This document shows, in pieces, positions 52,176-59,299 of a stretch of DNA of 59,299 nucleotides (the first letter of the stretch is position 1; every line of letters begins with the position of its first letter). This DNA comes from Balanoglossus misakiensis. Taxonomy: Eukaryota; Animalia; Hemichordata. The stretch lies in NCBI GenBank assembly GCA_040954595.2, contig JBECUI020000053.1, positions 1 through 59,299 of the forward strand. Reading direction: 5' to 3'. The position numbers and the translations under genes are program-made. The notes under the pieces are model-generated. The model was given only the letters and a program-made list of their open reading frames with translations, did no database searches and was not told where the DNA came from.

Positions 52176-53038
52176 TTAAAAGAGGGTGCAAATTTGTGTT
52201 AACTCGGTAATAATATAATCCGGCTGGAGATCTTTGCATTGCGGAATGTTTTTGCGTTCTCTGATCGAACGAGCATCACCTGCAAAGAGAGCGGTACTTA
52301 TTCCTTCTTGTTTTGCACCCCAGACATCGTTCAGCATATCATTGCCGACATAGAGCAATTCCATCGGTTCAAAGCAATGTTTTTCAGTATAGTGTTCTCT
52401 TGCCTGAATAAAGAGTTCTCTCTCTGGTTTTGCATAACCCTGCTCATAGGACCAGAGGGAAAAAGAACAGCCTAGTTCGAAAACATTCTTACCGAAAAAG
52501 GCGGGGAAGAGTAGTTTGGTATAGAACTGGGCATTGGAAATAATGCCCATGGTATATTCTTCTTGTTCAGGAAGGAAAATACTTCTTGTATTCCAGGCAT
52601 GGGCCAAACAGGATTTGCCCGCAGTTCATATTCGAGGGCAATTTCTATTGGGCTTATAAACTGTACGTTTTCTGCATGGAGAAGTTCTTCCCATATACGA
52701 ATATTGTCTATTTCAGGATACTTTGTTTCCTTTTTTTTTCTCTGTGCTGCATGAATGAGGTCATGGTATCTATGGTATATCTTCTTTGCCTGTAACCATG
52801 AGAGTGAAACATTGAACGTTTGAAAGGTTTCCCCGATAATATGAGTTAGGGAATCGACATTCTTTGTTGGAGATATATCACCTGCATGAGAAATAAATAA
52901 TGTACCGTAAATGTCGAAAATAAAAGCACGTATCGGCTGTGGATTATTACTGGCTGCCGAAACTCCTGTGGGAATAGGGGATATCGGGTAACTGAGTAAT
53001 TGTATGCGATCAATAAGTTTTGTATTGTATACTTCCAT
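52176..53038 (-). CDS. HAD family hydrolase; frameshift near 52570
   Basis: FIFDIYGTL, GIISNAQ, AKP, YVGNDMLNDV. Confidence 0.88.
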
Positions 53039-53067
53039 AATCTTGGTATAATTTTATAATAGTTTGT

Positions 53068-53409
53068 ATGAAAAATGAATCAAATACCAGATCTTATTTA
53101 CTCTTGCTCCGAAAAATTTCGACTTACTTCTTTTTTCTCCTTCTTTTAGGCCTTACTATACAGGTTTTTGGGCATTTTCAAAATTTTTCTTTTAAGAATC
53201 AGAAATTTGTATTAACGTTTTTACGTGTCTGTAGTCCCGTAACTTTTTTCTTTGCACTTTATGCTATGATTTTTACCCTTGTGCATCATCAGTTGCTGCG
53301 TGGCCGCTTGCTACACGTCTTGCTGCTGTATATATTTTATGCTGTTGTAGGAACGGTGAGTACCATGTTTGTCTTGGTATGGGATATTTTTATGTTACCG
53401 GGGAGGTAG
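53068..53409 (+). CDS. Small membrane protein, hypothetical
   Basis: Three hydrophobic helices; first gene of the aroH-map run. Confidence 0.7.
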   Translation: MKNESNTRSYLLLLRKISTYFFFLLLLGLTIQVFGHFQNFSFKNQKFVLTFLRVCSPVTFFFALYAMIFTLVHHQLLRGRLLHVLLLYIFYAVVGTVSTMFVLVWDIFMLPGR

Positions 53410-53412
53410 GAG

Positions 53413-53774
53413 ATGGGGAAAGAGTGCAAGCAGTCCGTGGCGCAATTCAATCTGCGAAAAATGATAAGGAAGCGATTTGTACAGCTGTTCGAAAACTCAT
53501 TCGTACAGTGATGCAGACGAATAAGATAGATGAGCATGACATTATCAGCATACTGTTTACCCAAACACCTGATCTCACCTGCGCTAATCCTGCAGGATGT
53601 TTGCGAGATATTGGATTTCAACATACACCTCTTTTTTGTGCACAGGAACCTGATTATCAAGGTTCGATGGAGCGAGTGATACGAGTACTCATTACCTGGC
53701 ATGCCGATTCGGACCAGAGAGTGCAGAGCGTATATCTTGACGGAGCCGAAACCTTGCGCAAGGATCTTCTCTAA
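53413..53774 (+). CDS. aroH: AroH-class chorismate mutase; start uncertain
   Basis: AVRGAI, ISILFTQTPDL, NPA, PLFCAQE, RVIRVL, VYLDGAETLRKD. Confidence 0.9.
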
Positions 53775-53775
53775 A

Positions 53776-54566
53776 ATGCATACGTTTCAGCGGAGAACGG
53801 AAATACGGCAACTACTCATGTCCGCTCGTATTGTCAAACGTATCCTCATTGATGTACAACCAATGATTGTACAGGGGACGAATACAAAAACTATAGAAAC
53901 ATTTATTTCGCGCTCCCTGCGGAACTCAGGCGTTACGAATCTATTGGAAACGCAGTTCGGTTTTCCTGCGGCTGCCTGCATATCGGTAAACGAGGTTGCA
54001 GCCCATGGTGTTCCCGGTTCGCACTCATTGCGTAATGGAGATGTTATTACTATTGACTTAGGCATTGCTCGGGGTGAATGGGCGGGTGATGCTGCATGGA
54101 GCTATGTTGTTGGCAATGAAAACAAAGAAAGTCTGCATCTGGTTCAAGCGGCATGGTCGGTTGCACGAGCGGGGGTTCAGGCGGCGCAGGCGGGAAAACG
54201 GATTGGAGACATAGCCACTGCCATTCGACAAGAGTCTGAGCGGTGGAAAATAATCTTTTTGCCTGTTTTGCCGGGCATGGGATTGGGCGCATGATTCATG
54301 AAGAACCCATTATTGCCTATACGATAGAATCCGGGAAAGGAGTAGTCTTAAAACCGGGCATGGTTTTGAATATTGAACCGATTGTAACCTTCGGGAATAC
54401 TAATATTAAGAAGCAGGATGATGGCTGGAGTTATATTACTGTCGATCGAAGTTGGAGTGCACAGTTTGAACATACAGTTGCGATATATGAAGATCAAACA
54501 AAAATATTAACCTGTAACGATTTATCGGTGGATTTTTTGCCTGAAACGCCGATATTGCTGGCATAA
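53776..54566 (+). CDS. map: Type I methionine aminopeptidase; frameshift near 54250
   Basis: CISVNEVAAHGVP, ITIDLG, GDAA, GHGIGRMIHEEP, NIEP, SAQFEHT. Confidence 0.93.
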
Positions 54567-54571
54567 ACTTG

Positions 54572-54600
54572 TTGACACATTAATAAAAAAACACTATACT
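54572..54600 (+). promoter_or_regulatory. Sigma70-type promoter for tRNA-Thr-tRNA-Tyr
   Basis: TTGACA-17bp-TATACT. Confidence 0.8.
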
Positions 54601-54612
54601 AGGTAATTACAG

Positions 54613-54684
54613 GCCATCTTAGCTCAGAGGTAGAGCACGTGATTTGTAATCTCGGGGTCGTCGGTTCAATTCCGACAGATGGCT
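54613..54684 (+). tRNA. tRNA-Thr(UGU)
   Basis: GCCATCT/AGATGGC acceptor stem, anticodon loop TTTGTAA, GGTTCAATTCC; no CCA. Confidence 0.94.
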
Positions 54685-54722
54685 TGCTGAACACTGAAAA
54701 TATGTATTATTATTACATAATG

Positions 54723-54804
54723 GGGGAGTTTCCCGAGCGGTCAAAGGGGGCAGACTGTAAATCTGTTGGCTCAGCCTTCGAAGGTTCGAATCCTTCACTC
54801 CCCA
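54723..54804 (+). tRNA. tRNA-Tyr(GUA)
   Basis: GGGGAGT/ACTCCCC acceptor stem, GCAGA-CTGTAAA-TCTGT anticodon arm, long variable arm; no CCA. Confidence 0.96.
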
Positions 54805-54829
54805 TGTATCAGCTCGTTTTGAGGAAAAA

Positions 54830-55772
54830 ATGAGACTTGTAATATGGGGGTCCCGTGGATCGTGTCCTGCACCTCTTGACCCATTTGCTGTCCGCAGGAA
54901 ATTAACATCTCTTATACACAGGATCAAGCCGGAACATCTTGTATCTGATGAAACGAAACAAGAATTCCTTACATCCCTTCCTGAGTGGCTATACGGAACA
55001 GTTGGTGGAAACACTCCCTGTGTTGAAATCCGAGGGGAACCAGACTATGGACTTATTTTTGATGCAGGAAGCGGAATTATAGGCCTCGGAAACCGCCATT
55101 TTAGTCAGGAGAACCCTCCTTCTGTATACCATATATTTTTTACGCATTTTCACTATGATCATATTCAAGGTCTTCCATTCTTTGGTCCGGCATACGATCC
55201 TTCCATTGCTATCCATTTTTATAGTCCGGTACCGAATTTTGAGCAAATACTGAGGAATCAGATGAGACATCCATTTTTCCCTATTACAATGGAAGGAAGA
55301 ATGACCCCGAATATGTTTTTTCATGTACTGGAAGGGTCGGAATTTGATTTAGCACCTTATACCATACGATGGCGTTATTTAAACCATCCAGGAGGTGCAC
55401 ATGGCTACCGAATTGACAGCAATAATCGCAGTTTTGCCTATGTAACAGACGTAGAACTTATGCCGAAGGATTTTGAACGCAGCAGTGACAATGTTCTTTT
55501 TTTAGATAAGTTACATGTTCTTGTTCTGGATACACCCTACACCCTCGGAGAAGCGATTGAGAAATATAACTGGGGACATTCTCTTTCACCCATGGCGTTG
55601 AGTTTGCGCATACTTGGCAGGCTGAGACCCTATTCATGTTTCATCATGAGCCTCGTTACGACGATCAGCGATTGTACCTAATCTGCAATCTGCTCGATGG
55701 TATGCAAAGAGTCTCGGAAACACAGATCTACGTATTTTTCTTGCTACTGAGGGGAGAGAATATGAAATCTGA
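54830..55772 (+). CDS. Metallo-beta-lactamase fold hydrolase; frameshifts near the 3' end
   Basis: WGSRGS, GGNTPCVE, FDAGSG, THFHYDHIQG, HPGG, WGHS, FHHEP. Confidence 0.9.
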
Positions 55773-55972
55773 GTTTCAGTCTTTTCAAATGGACAATGAC
55801 GAGGTGCAACATTTATATTCTTTTCTCCGTACATGTGAAGATGGTCTAGACAAGGAGATGCTTGGAATTCTTGAGAAATTGCAGCATTATATGGTTTCAG
55901 TCCTATAGCATTGAAGAGATAGAAGCATTGCTTCAGGTACGTAGGAGAAATCAAAGGACAACACTTCAATGA
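55762..55972 (+). CDS. Small hypothetical protein; probable frameshift near 55900
   Basis: ATG overlapping the MBL stop with GAGGGGAG upstream; helical acidic sequence. Confidence 0.4.
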
Positions 55973-58900
55973 ATTGTATTCCCGTATTCTTTCTATTTTG
56001 TTCTTTTTTCATCTGCCGATCTTGCTTTTTGCGCAGACTGCAAATGGCACGCATCTATACTACCGGTATCTTTCTCCCCAATATTTTGCTCTGGGGGTAT
56101 CGGTAGCTCGCTCTGAGTCGATACTTGATGCCGCTGTTAATCCGGCACTCAATGCAAAGGTGCAACGTTTTCATTTGCAGGCTAATTATGCGACGCTTAT
56201 TGATGATAGTCCTAAAATTAGCGGCCATTTTGCCAATGTAGGTCTGGGCATCCCCTCGCCATACGGAGTATTCATGGTGTCAGGGCACTTCATTAATGCC
56301 GATAGTCCGCATCTATCTTTGGGAACATCCGGTACGTTCCATTTTGCCTTTTCCAAGGCAATTACCGAAAATTTTTGTTTGGTACCGGATTACGCGCCCA
56401 AGTTGGCGGAAGTGGGAATTACATTGATTGGGGACTTGGTGCGGATTTAGGTATGGCATACACTTTTCAGTTAGAAGCAATCCCTATGTTCGTCTTGGTC
56501 TTGCATTGCAGCAAATGGGCAAATGGTTTGTTCCGCGCCCTGGACTTTTTTCAATGCCCGAACCCTTTACTCTTGCCTTTGGTACGGAAACTATGTTCTT
56601 GGATCGCGATAATGTCGCCATATCCTTGAATACGAACCTCAGTCTGCCCTTCTTTCAGAGTCTACGCAGTGACATCGGACTTCGGTTCAGCTTCTTCGAC
56701 ATGGTAGAGATATACACTTCTATGCGGTTGGACTTGGATGGTCTGTTGGACCGTCTCCAGCCGATGCATTCCCTATATCCCAGCTTTGGCATAAACTTTC
56801 GCATCCCATTGTCACAGGATGTACAGCAAAAAGACCTGAAATAGAAATTAGGGCCGCATCAAGCCCTCTTAACAAGAACTACTGGATTGCCGGTGCCGAA
56901 GTAGTAGTGGCTTTTGGACAGATAGACAGAAATCCGCCTGAGGTACAGATCGGCTTTGACGAGGCGAACAATTATATTTCACCAAACAATGATGGAACAC
57001 AGGATATGCTGAACATTGATCTTGCCATCACTGATGAGCGATACGTTCAAAGCTATCGCATGGACATATTTAACAGTGATGGAACACTTGTGCATACTAT
57101 TAAGAATGCAGAAAACAGAGTAGAAAATCAGGTTAGAAACTTTTTTGTTCGCTTTGTTGCCGCTGATAAGGGAATTAGCATTCCTCCGAGTCTTCATTGG
57201 AACGGTATAATGGATGACGGCACAATTGCCCCCTCTGGAGAATACTATTTTCATCTTTTATCCGAAGACGATAACGGCAATATTTTTGCAAGCAAGGACT
57301 ATCGCTTTATTATTGATCGAGAGCCGCCCGAGTTGGAACTTACTCCATTGTTAGGCAGCGAGTTGATTTTTTCTCCACGGAGACGGGAAACGCGATTCCT
57401 TAACAATTACACAGAAGGGAAGCCGAGAGAAGAGCTGGATAGCCGGCATTTATAGGGAGACGGAACGGTAATGCGGAGTTTTACAGGAAGCAATAGTTCC
57501 TTGGCATCCATTGTATGGGATGGGAGAGACAATGAAGGAATTACCGTACCTGACGGAGTATACCGGTATACTGTAGAGGGAACAGACAATGCAGGAAACA
57601 GCACGAGTAGTTTCATACAAAATATTATTGTTAGAACGGATCCTACCCCGATAGCTCTGCGGATTGATCGGCGCTATTTTTCCCCGAATAGGGACGACCG
57701 AGCCGACACCATTCAGATTCTGCCTCAGTTGGAAAATAAGTTGGGCATTGTTAACTGGGAGTTATTGGTAAGCGAGGTCAACGGTGAGGTAGTCCGGGAG
57801 TACAGCGGCACCGAATTACTGGAAGCCATCAGTTTTGATGGGTACAGCGAGTCATCTACCGTCTTACCCGATGGCAAATACTTTGCGCATCTCAAGGTGT
57901 ACTATATACACGGCAATCGCCCAGAGGTAAGTTCACCGGAGTTTATTATTGATACGCAACACCCGGTTGCCAGTTTATCAGCTGATATTTCCATAATTTC
58001 CCCCAACGGTGATCAAATCAAGGATGAAATCCGATTTGTTCAGTCTTCCTCTTTCGAAGAGGAGTGGATTGCAGAAATTACCGACAGTGCCGGAAAAATT
58101 GTACACAAGAAAACATGGTCCGGTGCAATTCCCCGTGAATACGTTTGGGCGGGACGGCTCTCTGACGGCAGAATTGCTTCGGACGGAGAATACAGCTACA
58201 CCCTGTTTAGTGAAGATAGAGCTGAAAATAGAAGTACTGTCGAATCAATTAATTTTTCTGTTGATACAAGCACCGCAGCAATTCTTTTTTCTTCGGAGTT
58301 TCTTGCCTTTTCACCCAATAAGGATAATAAACAAGATGAAAATACCCTTTTTATTCGTCTGGATGGTGCAAATGTGGAGAAATACATTTGCACGATAAGT
58401 ACGAGTACCGGTACGGTAGTACGCACCTTTCAGGGGGTGAATCGAGTTCCCGAAACCATTCTTGGGACGGGACGAACGATGAAAGAACTGTGGTCTCGGA
58501 TGGTGAGTATCGAGCAGATATAGAAGTACTATTGAAGAATGGGAACAGCGTCAAGGCAACTGTGCCTACAATAGAGATCGATACCGGATATCCGACTGCG
58601 ACAGTAAAAACGGACGAGAGCATATTTTCCCCCAACGGTGATGGGCTGAAAGATGAGATAAACATTGTACAGACATCAAGTAGGGAAGAAGAATGGTCAG
58701 CTCATATTCTGTCGGAAACTGATGAAGTTCTGCGATCATTTACATGGTCCGATAGCAATTTGCCTCATTTACAATGGGACGGCAGCGACGAAAACGGCAA
58801 CATTCTACCCGATGGCTATTACTACTACGTCCTCAGCAGCCAGGACCCTGCTGGTAATCTGTATCAGTCCGATCCGCTGCCAATACATTTGGATACCCGT

Positions 58901-59299
58901 CCTGCCTCTGTATTTCTGACAGCAGATACCCTTGCCATTGCACCGGACACTCGCAATATCAATAATATCAATAATGCCAATTCTTCTACAGGTTTTGTCA
59001 ATTTTTCGGTTCTTCTTGACGATACTAATGATGTCGATGACTGGCAATTCATTATTCGAACAGAAGATAATGTCCCTTATTACAGCAAGAGTGGTACTAT
59101 TGCCGAAAACGAAATGCAATTTCAGTGGATGGGAAGCAATAATGAGGGTGAAATTCGGGAGGGCTTGTATATAGCAGAATTTTCTATCCGATACACTCGT
59201 GGAGTTCATCCGCGTGCATCTTCACCGCCAATTCTCGTAGACATTTCACCTCCAAAAGCCTCGGTACAGTTGGATGCGCTTCCCTTTTCTCCTGATAAT
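55969..59299 (+). CDS. Large exported protein: barrel-like N-terminus plus tandem FlgD-Ig-like SPNxDG repeats; frameshifted and cut by the window end
   Basis: Signal peptide; AAVNPA and DWGLGADLG strands; repeats YISPNNDG, YFSPNRDD, IISPNGDQ, AFSPNKDN, IFSPNGDG, PFSPDN, most with WxG...DGxY motifs. Confidence 0.75.

Noticed and set aside
58955-58975. Short in-frame tandem repeats (AATATCAAT here; also 6246-6281, 39885-39905 and 43789-43815)
   Set aside because: Two to three copies with lengths divisible by 3, in linkers or termini; ordinary slippage with no evidence of switching.
38400-59299. Mass pseudogenisation or programmed frameshifting (flgF, flgG, flaB, cca, map, crp and others; also LCP and rplY at the left end)
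   Set aside because: The breaks are small indels, often at homopolymers, with motifs intact on both sides. They hit cca although no tRNA here encodes CCA, and they are absent from about 2300-37600. This fits long-read consensus error; polishing with accurate reads would confirm.
56970-59299. Regularly spaced repeats as a CRISPR array or repeat element
   Set aside because: The period is about 310 bp and conservation is at the protein level only; these are coding domain repeats.

Overview
Core-genome window from a spirochaete (phylum Spirochaetota). The lineage call rests on FlaB-type flagellin, flgF-flgG-flgJ, and the gene orders LCP-rsfS-rplY-pth-tilS-ftsH, rpsT-HU-bactofilin-rho-rpmE and rpmF-acpP-rnc-cca. 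It holds about 58 protein genes (translation, envelope, flagellar and signalling functions) and six tRNAs, none with an encoded CCA. I found no rRNA, CRISPR array, IS element, integrase or prophage. Single-base frameshifts are dense at 1-1750 and from about 38400 to the end, including in genes expected to be essential, but absent from about 2300-37600, so I read them as consensus errors rather than pseudogenes. Best leads: (1) an unannotated minus-strand element at about 37636-37750 with a sigma28-like promoter, a hairpin showing a CCCCCUCCU anti-Shine-Dalgarno loop, a strong terminator and an overlapping 22-codon Pro-Pro-Pro ORF; (2) a solo ParB CTPase-like domain with an amphipathic tail, behind PBP1A; (3) loss of structural zinc-binding cysteines in GluRS, GlyRS, L31 and L32; (4) a Bacteroidota-like CysRS beside tRNA-Met; (5) several leaderless or short-leader promoters; (6) a large surface protein with a barrel-like N-terminus and tandem SPNxDG Ig-like repeats. 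All family assignments come from motif recognition by eye; no database search was run.
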